From Takakia lepidozioides (lineage: Eukaryota; Plantae; Bryophyta): a DNA stretch of 64,000 nt. Numbering within the stretch: position 1 is the first letter of the stretch; the number at the start of each line of letters is the position of its first letter. The DNA lies in the NCBI GenBank assembly GCA_030704615.1, contig CM060734.1, forward strand, positions 53,940,001 to 54,004,000. Reading direction: 5' to 3'. A program made the translations under genes and the position numbers. The notes under the pieces are model-generated. The model worked only from the letters and a program-made list of their open reading frames with translations. It searched no databases and was not told where the DNA came from. Below are positions 48,211 through 59,670 of the stretch, in pieces.

Positions 48211-50059
48211 TCAATTGCTGGAAGGAAGAGGGCCAACTTCCCAGCGGGCCTCCCGTTCGAGCTGGGGTTAGCATGGGCCATGATTCCACTGTTTGAATGC
48301 ATGTGGCTGCGCAGTCTGATTAAGAGAGGGAGGGGTGGGAGAGCAGCCATCCACTGGGCTGTCCACCACCATAAACATAACGTTGTGAGGTTGATAATCT
48401 GATGGGGCTCTGGTTGGGGATCTGATGCCTGGTGGGAGGAGGTAGCCCGACAACGTTGATAACACATAAATTGGGAGTAGTCGGGGCAGCCCATAGAGGA
48501 TTGTGCGGTGTTGTAGGCCTATTATTGAGGTCGCCGCTCCGCATCTGATAGAGAGATGGGGGGTGGTAGAGATTCCACCACCAAGCTGGAGAACATGACA
48601 TGAGTGATGATTAGGATAACAACCCCAGTTTGGAGAAGATTATAGGCCTTGGGTTGGCTCGCGTAGCTGCTGGCCTGGAGGGAGCTGCGCAGGTTGGCCT
48701 TGTAGCGAGCTTGAGAGCTGAAGAGTCTGGTCCGCCGAAGGAAAGGGCAGAGAGCGCTCGGAAAGCATATTTGCTCATGAAACAAAGAGAAAGTAAGTGA
48801 AAGATAGCTTGAAAAAAGCATAAGGAGGAGGCGAGTCTTAATCGCCATAAGAAGAGAGGCAAAGCTGTTGGAGGACTGCTGGCCATTGCAAAAGGTCGCT
48901 TGGTAAGCTATGGCGGGAGATGGAGCTAAAGTCGTAGCGGAGGGTAACTTAGACAAACCATTGAAAAAGGGGGTATAGATAATGAAAAAGGCAAAGAGTT
49001 GCTGAAACCCTATAGATTTAGTTATGACTAAAAATGTAGCAGAAACCGGCGGCGGGAGGGCGAAGCTCCGCCCACCCACGGGTTTAGAATATAGCTGGAG
49101 GAAATGGAGAGCACCCAACATAGTTTCTCACTTCTCATGACCTTGTTGACGAGACGGAGTGTAAAGTGCTCACTTGACGTTTTAATCCAATATTCTTTCG
49201 CCACAACTTCAGTTGTTAATAATTTGCCACATCAATTGTCCCAATGTCAAGTGGCCCTTTTGTTTACGTGAAAGTGGCCCTGAGGTGGGGGTGCTAGGTT
49301 ATGAAGATTTGGAGAACATGATGTGTGGGAATATGGATTGATGGAGGCTCGTTGTGCATTGATGTATGCTAGTGTCGCAATGATTTAGACTGCATGGGGG
49401 ATTTCAAGAAATTTTAAGTAGGAATGTGTGGAAATGAGAGGCTGTGAGTATGTTGAGGCGTTTGAACAATCAGGCAGATACTTGGACGAAGAAGGAGAGC
49501 TGTCTGTGTTGATGCCATAAAACGTTTCTCTCCAAGTCGCCAATTTCTTAGGTAGCGCACAAGATGATTTTCGTTTTCGCTAAGACGATTGTCAAGTTTT
49601 GTGCGCTACCTAAGAAATAGAAACGATTGTCAGTTTTGCAGCCAAAATGCACTAAGCTGGGTCTTCCTCACAATCGAGTTTCCCACATTGCTCAACGCTT
49701 TTTAGGCAAGGATCTCTTTCTGCAAGAAGGCGACATGGGTGTGCATTGGTTTGGAAGAGTGCACACGCCAGGGAATCTCTTGATCACCTAAGTCAGAAGA
49801 GCATACCAGTCGTGGATATTCCCTCGAAGATACCCCCTTATTTCTTCAGTTTTTTGCTGACACACGTGTATAATGTAGCCCTGAAGAAAGCTTTATTTCG
49901 CAAGATTTAACCTCAGTGAGGTATGGCTTCTAGAGATAACGATGATCATAATCATGAAACCGAGGAGCTGGTTGCAGAGGGGTGGAGCACCTTCATAATT
50001 CAGGGAGAAAATTATTCAGCAGACTCGGCTGACTTCTTCATTGTGCTCCATGACTTTGC

Positions 50060-51965
50060 TGCAACGGCATAGTTGATCAAATCAGGCACCTCAACCATGA
50101 CCACAGTTTCTAAAAGAGGATCAAGAGAGGGAGTCCACAATGCTTCTTCTGGCAGTACTTCTCGGCATGTAAAGATGCTTTGTGCTAGGCAGACAGACTC
50201 ACAAAGGCTCTATAGACTTTAAACCAAGGAGGCATTTCAGCAGATTCAGGTACGTATGTCTGTCTCTTACTTAAGTGCATCAAGATAACAACATATAAGT
50301 TAAGTGCGGGAGCATCATGGATGCTCACCAAATGTTCAACATAAACTTGCCTCAACGATCTTTAACACGTGGAATATAATGTTGGCATGATTTACCAAGC
50401 ATTTGTGTGGTAGGAATGCTTTGGAGACCTATGAGCAAATGATGTGCGTAGGGGTGAAGCCCAATCACATCACATTTGTGGTGTGGAAGGCCTTGTTTGG
50501 TGCTGAACGTGCGGCAACGTGGGATGAACAGGATGCCGCGACTTATGTGTTGCTCTCAAACATCTATGCTGTAGCTGGTAGGTGGCCACCATGGGATGAT
50601 AATGCAAAGGTGAGAAGAATGATGAAGGTCAGAGGGGTTAGAAAGAGCAAGGTTGCGGCTGCATTGAGGGGGGCTGAAAATCCATGAGCAGTGAGCATGA
50701 GCGGTGAGCAGATTGCCACACCACTTCCGAATCTGTCTCTAGGTTCGGGGCAAATTCAGAGTAGGTTCGGGTTTAGGGATTCTGATTTTGGATTCAAGGT
50801 ATTGTAGATGTAAAACAAATCCATGACACTAAAGTTATCCGTTAAGTCCAGGGGATGCATGGTGAGTTCGGCCAGTTTGGTCAAAAGACAGGGTGAATAG
50901 GGTGGAAGCGGACCCACAAAGTATAAGCGAGATAAATAGGGGGCCAAACTCAAAATAACAAGACAAACCAGCCCAAACGTGTTTGATCCCGTCTTCCTCC
51001 GCACTGAGACACGTGGATGAGCCTGATGCTGCGGGGCCGCGCTCCATCATATTGACCTTCCAACTGGCACAAGGCCACGCACGTTGTTCATCATTCGTGC
51101 CCAGTTTATCGAGTCGTGCCCATTTTATTGGACTTAACGGATAGGCTCAAACTGCCCACCAAAGCCGCATGTGGAGATGGATCAGAGGGTGAAAGAGGGC
51201 GGGACTTAACGGATAACTTTATTGACCAGAAAAAAAATGAGATTTTTTACTGGTAACTACATTAAGTACTTACTCCAGCGGATATAATCACAAAGTTGAG
51301 ACACGTCAAAGGGCTAACGTTCGGCGCCGAACCCGACTTGACAAGTGCAAATTAGATATTTCATTTATTTATTTATTTTTGGTTTTGAAACGTAGGTGCT
51401 TGACAATGTTGTAGGCTCGGTAGAGATCCGAACCCATCATGTAGCTTCGGGATTTGGTTCGGCACAAGTTCGGCACCAAACCTATCTGCTATGTAGTTTG
51501 GGGATTTGGTTCGGCTCAGGTTCGTTTAAAACGAATATTCCCTTTTGTGAACAATATGCCCACCCTCCATTGAGGTTGGCAACAGGTGCACAGTGCACAC
51601 CTTCGTTGTAGATGAGAAGTTGCATCCCAGAATTAAGGAAATCCATGCTGAGCTGAGAAGATTGTCTGGGCAGATGAAGGAGGCGGGGTATGTGCCTGAC
51701 ACGCGCTTTGTATTGCATGATGTGGGGGAGGAGGAAAAGGAATTTTCTCCTTGCCACCACAGAGAGAAGCTGGCCATTGGTTTTGGGCTGATCAGCACGA
51801 CCCCTAGGACGCCTCTGCGTCTCATCAAGAATCTTCGAGTGTGTGGTGACTGCCACACCTGCACCAAATTCATCTCAAAGTTGTTGGCCGAGCAATTGTT
51901 GTACAGGACGCTAACCGCTTTCACCACTTTGAAGATGGGATTTGTTCTTGTGGGGATTACTGGTG
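50060..51965 (+). pseudogene. Degraded fifth PPR-DYW paralogue (most PPRs deleted, insertion in the PG box, HSE changed to HRE, frameshifts)
   Basis: Clear nucleotide match to the N-terminal linker, first P motif, E motifs and DYW of the intact copies. Confidence 0.9.
50670..51567. mobile_element. hAT-like non-autonomous insertion with a nested 20-bp-TIR element (50830-51221)
   Basis: 8-bp TSD CATTGAGG (50662-50669, 51568-51575); GTTCGG subterminal motifs; inner TIR TAAAGTTATCCGTTAAGTCC. Confidence 0.7.
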
Positions 51966-52284
51966 AAAGGATGTTTTGTTGGAAGATGCAGGTGTCTTGC
52001 TTCATTCATTGATCTGTGTAGCTACTCAGATCATCCAACATTTCCGAGACTATTGACCATGATGTACTGTTGAGTGCATTTGTACTGTTGAGTCATCGAG
52101 GATTGGTCATAGACGCCTGTTCGGTCATAGGCCAACTTATCCTAGTGTTTTGGATGGAAGGCTAGTGATGAATTGAGAATCCCCAGAGTTCTCGACGATG
52201 ATCTTATAAGGTCAAATTGGGGGGCTCTACTCTTCCCACCACGAGAACTAAACAGGGCCACTCACCCTCGTCGTGTAGAGCCCG

Positions 52285-54147
52285 ATGGAGCCCAAAACAA
52301 CTTGCATGAATGTTGCTGAAAGCACACTAGCACCCCTCAGTAAAGGACCTTGTCAATATGTTGCTGCTGTCGGATTTTCGAGCACAAACCTCTACCTTGG
52401 AGCACGGAGCAGAGCCGGCATGAGTTTTTTAAAGATCCTGCACGATGGTGGGACAACCGCAATCGCAATGTGTGGCTTTTTCTTAATGTACGATGTGAAG
52501 AAATTTGTCCATCCTGCAAATGTGGCCTCTTCGCTCCTGTTAGTACCATAATTTGGTTTCTTCCTGATGTTTACAAGGTTCTTCTTGGGAGAGTCAGCTT
52601 GGTCTTAGCAGGCCGTGTTTCAATCTCTGCCTGCTCAGCTGCACCGTGGTGGTTCTCACAGACCAATCCGACATTACCTGACTACAGACACAAGCAGCAC
52701 ACACAAGAGGTCCTTTTGGGTTGATGGTCGGTCAAATCCTCCATGGGTCATGACACAAGGTGAAGGACAATGTGGTGAGGGCACCTTCTTCTTCGACCTA
52801 TTTTTTTTGCCCTCTCATCAGACTCGGCCCTGAATTTGCATATTGAATTCTGTAAGTTAGCTCGTTGGGTGGATCTGTGGTGGTTTGGAGTGACTTTAAC
52901 AAGTTGCTGCCGATGTGGCAGCAGGAAAGTGTCCAAAAACAGATAACACATATGAGGAGAAGCTTTGGAATGCACACTTTTCCGACCCCAGTCAATGGTG
53001 GGACAATGGAGACAAAAAGGTGAATGCCTGTTGGAAGCAGACGCAAGTCAGCATAGGACCTAGTGTGATGAGTATGGTTGGGATGTTTGCTGGAAGAATT
53101 CTAGGCTGTCATTGTCAGTTGCTAGCAGCAAGGCAAGGATGTATGCATGATTTGTGCAGAGGCATGGATAGCTGAAGGAGGAGGGATAGAGTGTGGGTCC
53201 AGATTCATCCAAGAGGGCCAGATTTCAAACTCCAGATTACCTATGATTCCCTGTGGAAGGAAAGCTACAAGAAACCTGCATGGGTAGATGGTCAACTGGA
53301 AGCCGCAGCAGCAGCGGCACAAGTGATAAAATCAGGCACTGCTAATGAAGGCACCTTTTTCAACACATTTCACCCTGTTTTCCCCTCTTATCAGAACTGG
53401 CCCTAAATTTCCATGTTGAATTCTGCAAGTTAGCTGGTTGAGTGAATGTAGTTTGGAGTGACTTTGACATGATACTGCCAATGTGACAACAGGAAAGTAT
53501 CCAGAAACAGGTAACAGAGACGAGGAGAAGCTGTGGAATGAACACTTTTCTGACCCCAGTCAATGGTGGGACAATCAAGGCAAAAAGGTGAATGCCTGTT
53601 GGATTACAGAGAGTAGCAGACACAATTGAGCATAGGAACTAGTGTGATAAGTTGAGTTGGGTGTTTCCTAGAACTGTCATTGTCAGCTGCTAGCAGCAAT
53701 GAATGCATGATTTGTGCAGAGTCATGGATAGCTGAAGGAGCAGGGATAGAGTGTGGGTCCAGATTCATGCAAAAGGGCCAGATTTCAAGCACAAGATTAC
53801 CTATGATTCCCTGTGGAAGGATAGCTACAAAAAACCTGCATGGGTAGATGGTCAACTGGAAGCCGCAGCAGCAGCGGCACAATTGATAAAATCAGGCACT
53901 GCTAGTGAAGGCACCTTCTTCAACACATTTCACCCTGTTTTTCTCTCTTATCAGAACCGGCCCTAAATTTCTATGTTGAATTCTGCAAGTTAGCCGGTTG
54001 AGTGAATGTAGTTTGGAGTGACTTTGACATGATACTTCCAATGTGACAACAGGAAAGTATCGAAAAACAGGTGACAGAGATGAGGAGAAGCTATGGAATG
54101 AATACTTTTCTGACCCCAGTCAATGGTGGGACAACCGATGCAAAAAG
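52285..54147 (+). other. Upstream PDF-motif exons of copy 3 (52285-52469, 52662-52774, 52925-53019, 53203-53350, 53493-53587, 53763-53904, 54053-54147)
   Basis: Phase-compatible exons with GT/AG boundaries (one needs a GC donor); three tandem ~560-bp units. Confidence 0.75.
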
Positions 54148-54328
54148 GTGAATGCCTGTTAGATTACAGAGAGTAGCAGACGCAATTCAGCATAGGAACT
54201 AGTGTGATAAGCTGAGTTTGGTGTTTCCTAGAACAAATCTAGGTTGTGATTGTCAGCTGCTAGCAGCAAGGCAAGGATGAATGCATGATTTGTGCAGAGG
54301 CATGGATAGCTGAAGGAGCAGGGATAGA

Positions 54329-56659
54329 GTGTGGGTCCAGATTCATCCAAAAGGGCCAGATTTCAAGCACAAGATTACCTATGATTCCCTGTGGATCAAT
54401 AGCTACAAGAAACCTGCATGGGTAGATGGTCAACTGAAGGCAGCAGCTGCAGCAGCACAGTTGATAAAATCAGGCACCTCAACCATGAGCACAGCTTCTG
54501 GAAGAGGATCAAGAGAGGGAGTCCACAATGCCTCTTCTAGCACTTCTGGGCATGTGAAGATGCTTTGTGAGGCAGGCAGACTGAAAGAGGCTCTACAGAC
54601 TTTAAACCAAGGAGGCATTTCAGCAGATTCAGATACGTATGTCAGTCTCTTGCATAAGTGCATCAAGATGAAAGGCCTGGAAGCTGGAAAGCAGGTGCAC
54701 ACTCACATTATCCAAAGTGGATTCACGCCAAATGTTTTTCTACTCAACACCCTTGCCAACATGTATGTTAAGTGCGGGAGCATCATGGATGCTCACCAAG
54801 TGTTCAACAGAATGCCTCAACGATCTTTGATCATGTGGAATATAATGATTGCAGGATTCACCAAGCATGGGTGTGGTAGGAATGCTTTGGAGATCTATGA
54901 GCAAATGCGGCGCGAAGGGATGAAGCCCGACCACATCACGTTTGTTTGTGTTTGCAATGCGTGTGCGAGCCTAGGAGCCCTGGAAAAGGGGAAACAGGTC
55001 CATGGTGACATCGTCAAAGCTGGAATTGTACCAGATGTGATTTTGAACAATACCCTTGTGGACATGTATGCCAAATGTGGGTGCATCGAGGATGCAAAGG
55101 GAGTGTTCGACACTATGGCTGAACGAGATGTGGTGTCGTGGAGTGCGATGATTGCAGGATATGCACAGCAAGGGCGCGGGATGGAGGCTTTGGAGACGTA
55201 TGAGCAAATGATGGGGGAAGGGGTGAAGCCCGACCACATAACGTTTGTGGGTGTTTGTAATGCTTGTGCAAGCCTGGCAGCCCTGGGAAAGGGCAAAGAG
55301 GTGCATGGTTGCATCGCCAAAGCTGCAATTGTACCAAATGTCATCCTGAACACTGCCCTGGTGGACATGTATGCGAAATGTGGGAGCATGGAGGATGCGA
55401 AGGGGGTGTTCAACAATATGGCTGAACGAAATGTGGTGTCGTGGAGTGCGATGATTGCAGGATATGCACAGCATGGGCGCGGGATGGAGGCTTTGGAGAC
55501 GTATGAGCAAATGATGGGGGAAGGGGTGAAGCCCAACCACATCACGTTTGTGTGCGTTTGCAGTGCATGTGCAAGCCTGGCAGCCCTGGAAAAGGGCAAA
55601 GAGGTACATGGTTGCATCGCCAAAGCTGGAATTGTACCAGATGTCATTCTGAACACTGCGCTGGTGGACATGTATGCAAAATGTGGGAGCATCGAGGATG
55701 CAAAGGGAGTGTTCGACACTATGGCTGAACGAAATGTGGTGTCATGGAACACGATGATCGCAGGATATGCACAGCATGGTTGTCATAGGGAGGTTGTGCA
55801 ACTATTTGAAGGAATGCAAAAGAACGGATTGAAGCCGGACAGTATCACCTTTATATGTGTTCTCTCTGCATGCAGCCACGCTGGCCTACTGAATGAAGGA
55901 AGACGCTACTTTGATTCCCTGAGTGAAGATCATGGTGTCACTCCGACAGTAAAGCACTTTGGCTGCATGGTGGACCTTCTTGGACGTGCGGGACAACTGG
56001 ATGAGGCAGTGGACCTGATTAATAAAATGCCAATCAATCCAGATGTTGTGATGTGGAAGGCCTTGCTTGGTGCCTGCAGAATCCATGGTAATGTGGAGAT
56101 GGCTGAACGTGCGGCAACATCTATCCTCAAGTGGGATGAACAGGATGCCGGGACTTATGTGTTGCTCTCAAACATCTATGCTGCAGCTGGCAGGTGGGAT
56201 GATACTGCAAAGGTGAGAAGAATGATGAAGGTCAGAGGGGTTAGAAAGGAGCCAGGTCGCTGCTGCATTGAGGTTGGCAACAGGGTGCACACCTTCGTTG
56301 TAGATGACAAGTTGCATCCCAGAATTAAGGAAATCCATTCTGAGCTGAGAAGATTGTCTGGGCAGATGAAGGAGGCGGGGTATGTGCCTGACACGCGCTT
56401 TGTATTGCATGATGTGGGGGAGGAGGAAAAGGAATTTTCTCTTTGCCACCACAGTGAGAAGCTGGCCATTGGTTTTGGGCTGATCAGCACGACCCCTAGG
56501 ACGCCTCTGCGTCTCATCAAGAATCTTCGAGTGTGTGGGGACTGCCACACCTCCACCAAATTCATCTCAAAGATTGTTGGCCGAGCAATTGTTGTACGGG
56601 ACGCTAACCGCTTTCACCACTTTGAAGATGGGATTTGTTCTTGTGGGGATTACTGGTGA
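54329..56659 (+). CDS. PLS-type PPR-E-DYW editing factor, copy 3 (main exon 54341-56659; 3 PLS triplets)
   Basis: PLS motifs, E domain, HSEKLA, CGDCH, DYW. Confidence 0.95.
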   Translation: MWVQIHPKGPDFKHKITYDSLWINSYKKPAWVDGQLKAAAAAAQLIKSGTSTMSTASGRGSREGVHNASSSTSGHVKMLCEAGRLKEALQTLNQGGISADSDTYVSLLHKCIKMKGLEAGKQVHTHIIQSGFTPNVFLLNTLANMYVKCGSIMDAHQVFNRMPQRSLIMWNIMIAGFTKHGCGRNALEIYEQMRREGMKPDHITFVCVCNACASLGALEKGKQVHGDIVKAGIVPDVILNNTLVDMYAKCGCIEDAKGVFDTMAERDVVSWSAMIAGYAQQGRGMEALETYEQMMGEGVKPDHITFVGVCNACASLAALGKGKEVHGCIAKAAIVPNVILNTALVDMYAKCGSMEDAKGVFNNMAERNVVSWSAMIAGYAQHGRGMEALETYEQMMGEGVKPNHITFVCVCSACASLAALEKGKEVHGCIAKAGIVPDVILNTALVDMYAKCGSIEDAKGVFDTMAERNVVSWNTMIAGYAQHGCHREVVQLFEGMQKNGLKPDSITFICVLSACSHAGLLNEGRRYFDSLSEDHGVTPTVKHFGCMVDLLGRAGQLDEAVDLINKMPINPDVVMWKALLGACRIHGNVEMAERAATSILKWDEQDAGTYVLLSNIYAAAGRWDDTAKVRRMMKVRGVRKEPGRCCIEVGNRVHTFVVDDKLHPRIKEIHSELRRLSGQMKEAGYVPDTRFVLHDVGEEEKEFSLCHHSEKLAIGFGLISTTPRTPLRLIKNLRVCGDCHTSTKFISKIVGRAIVVRDANRFHHFEDGICSCGDYW

Positions 56660-59154
56660 AAGGATGTTTTGTTGGAAAGATGTGAGTGTCTTGCTTCATT
56701 CATTGATCTGTGTAGCTACTCAGATCATCCACCATTTCCTGAGAGTATTGACCATGACGTACTGTTGAGTGCATTTCTGTACTGTTGAGTCATAGAGGAT
56801 TGGTCATAGACGCCTGTTCGGTCATAGGCCAACTTACCCTAGTGTTTTGGATGGAAGGCTAGTGATGAATTGAGAATCCCCAGAGTTTGACGTTGATCTT
56901 ATAAGGTCAAATTGGGGGGCTCTACTCTTCCCACCACGAGAACTAAACAGGGCCACTCACCCCATCAGTCCAGTGCGACCGCATCATGCCGCTGCAGGGG
57001 AATAGAAAACGACATGGGCGGCCACACCCGACTTTCACTTAACACATGCTTCATCCCCTATGTGTCTCCCTGTTCTTTTGTGGATGATTGCCCGAGATAC
57101 CATCGCGTGTAGGCCACATGTCCAAGCACCTGCACTTTGCCATCCCTCACTGAGCTACACCATGTTCAACAGTGTTAATCTGATCAATGTTTCCCTATAT
57201 TTCACTGCAGGCAGTCCTCACAACTCTGTATTCTACCAATCTCTGCCCACAGTGACGATTCACAGTTCGTCGTTGCTGTCTAGATGCTCGCACTCATTAC
57301 ACCTTAGTGGTTGATTTCAATCATGTTCTAAACTTTTCTCACAAGGTACAGTGTTCACGCTATGCAATGACTATGCAAAGACAGGTGACACATCGTGTAC
57401 AAATCTACTGTTTCCACTTCTCTCATTGCTTCATAATACATGACCTTCGTACAACCCATGATCTCAGTGGCTGAGTGACCAATCCCGTTACTAATTCTCT
57501 CACACAGTTGACGGTATTTACTGCTGTAGATCTCCACGTTGCGGTCTACAATCTGTTTTGGTCTAAAACAGTCTCAGCGGCACCACCTCGGTTGGTCTCT
57601 AACTGCCCTTCTTTCTCATCATCCACAGCGCTTCAGTCACCGCTCACTCCTTTAGCGCATAAGAACCATCAACTATTTTGAACACGAACTTGCAGTTTTA
57701 TGCCTAGGCGGCTTGATGTATCTCAGCCAGCTGTTCTATTAATTAATAGATCTATGGTTCATGTTTGCAGGTTTTTTTGGGGCCCTGCGTGTGCAGAGCC
57801 CACTAAAATAGGTACTAACCATTGTTGTGTATATGCCAATGGGGGTGGGGTATGTGCAAGGGTATAGGTAAGGGTATGCCAGAACCTGGCTGGTGTGTCA
57901 TGTAGCCTATACCCTGGGTGTGTGTAGAACTTAGGGTTTAGGGTTCCAAACATGCTAGTCACAGTAGCTTGCAGAGCAATACTGCGATTGCAAACAGTAC
58001 TTAGTGGGAATTGTTTCAAGATGGGAGGGGTAGCAGTTATGGTGTTAGGGTGCACCATGTTGTGTTTGCTATGGGAGGGTTTCATTTCCAGCTGGATCGT
58101 TGATGTGGGGAGGTGCAAAAGATTGAGCATATCGGCGCCTGACCATCCCCCTTCCCCCATTTAATAGCTGTTGCCTTCCTACTGTCTTTTTTCTTACACA
58201 ATGGTTATTTCTTCAAATCCTTGTGTAGCTTACAATATATCCCCCTTTTCAAATCTTGGACCATCCTCTAATGGATAGGGCCCATGCAAACTTGGGGGGC
58301 CTTATTCCTATATGCTTACATTACCCCAAAACTTGCATGCAAGGAAACAAGAGTCCCAACCCTTTGCGAGCATCGCACCATGGCTCGCTACAAATCCTTT
58401 TGATGACTGTGCCCTCACAGCCAAAGGAGGAGCAGTAAGTATATCTTCCTCTCATTATTCACTGGAAGCATGAGAAAAAGACCTCACTTTGCTTGAAGGG
58501 GATTTCAGGAGAGTTTTCTCGCTTGTTTGAGATTGGCAGCTCAAGTAGTTACTGAGAACACTCGGAGTCACACCAGTGATAGGGACCTGCTTCGGTGGAC
58601 ACTGGCAGTATCGCTTATTGTTGCATGAAACTAAGCACAGTTGTCTCATACATGCTCCCAAATCTGGTCTCCAACTGTAGCAATTGAGTTCTGAAGTGGG
58701 TGGCCTCTGTCCCCCAACCTTGGACTCCAACATGCACAAACCGATGTTATAGTGTGAGGGAGTCAAGCCGCATCGATCAATAACAACATACCCAAATACC
58801 CTTACAATCACTATATGAACTTTCAAGCAGCCACCATTGGATTGGATCTTGGTGGGTTAAGGCTAGCTTTTGACAGTATTCATGCAAGTTCGTCAAGGGC
58901 TCCATCCAAAGCCACACCACAAGAAACAAACAAATATGTCCAAATCTAAGATGCTGAACAAACTTGTGCACAGGGCTAATCAAGCTCATCAAAATTCGTA
59001 TTCACTTCCATCTTCAAGCTTTGGAGAAGCTCCACCACCCAAACCCACAATGAGGACAGCACTCTGATTTCCATCCACTGTCACCAAAGTCAGTCCAATA
59101 TCACCCCTCCAGTCAAGTGTAATTATGGGCTGACTTCCCACCTATGCCGGGTAG

Positions 59155-59518
59155 TGTTGGAGTGTCAAGGTTATAGCCCTTGCACGGCACTTTGAGAACA
59201 GAACGGGACGGGTAGCTCAGTGGTAGAGCACCCCACCGGAATGGGGGAGGTCCTAGGTTCAATCCCTAGCCCGACCACACGCCAGTGGTTTTCCAACATG
59301 GTATCAGAGCCAAGGTTGGGGCGGTGGTCAGAATGGGTGGGCATTAGCTATAAGGGCTATGCCTTGAGGGGGAGTGTTGGAGTGTCAAGGTTATAGCCCT
59401 TGCACGGCACTTTGAGAACAGAATGGGACGGGTAGCTCAGTGGTAGAGCACCCCACCGGAATGGGGGAGGTCCTAGGTTCAATCCCTAGCCCGACCACAC
59501 GCCAGTGGTTTTCCAACA
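59155..59518 (+). mobile_element. TRIM (364 bp) with tRNA-derived LTRs (Ajax-like)
   Basis: 144-bp LTRs TGTTGGA...TCCAACA (59155-59298, 59375-59518; 1 mismatch); PBS TGGTATCAGAGCC; PPT GAGGGGGAG; absent from the paralogous site at ~18330. Confidence 0.93.
59206..59277 (+). other. tRNA-derived sequence in the 5' LTR (second copy at 59426-59497)
   Basis: A box TAGCTCAGTGG, B box GGTTCAATCC, paired D and T arms; irregular anticodon loop. Confidence 0.85.
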
Positions 59519-59670
59519 GACCCCACTATCATTTCCCGTGGATATGCCACAGGAAATGCACTCAACAGTACATCATGTTCAATACTCTCAGGAAATGGTG
59601 GATGATCTGAGTAGCTACACAGATCAATGAATGAAGCAAGACACCTGCATCTTTCCAACAAAACATCCTT

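Noticed and set aside
47376-50060. Possible host gene fragments
   Set aside because: Apart from the LINE endonuclease piece, I could not assign the short broken frames.
54329-54340. GTG 'MWVQ' start of the PPR ORFs
   Set aside because: These bases are the intron 3' end (CCAG acceptor); the same holds in all copies.
57330-58900. Short ORFs between the convergent PPR genes
   Set aside because: No recognisable motifs or repeat structure.
59206-59497. Two functional tRNA genes
   Set aside because: They lie inside TRIM LTRs, with an irregular anticodon loop, an acceptor mismatch and no T-run terminator.
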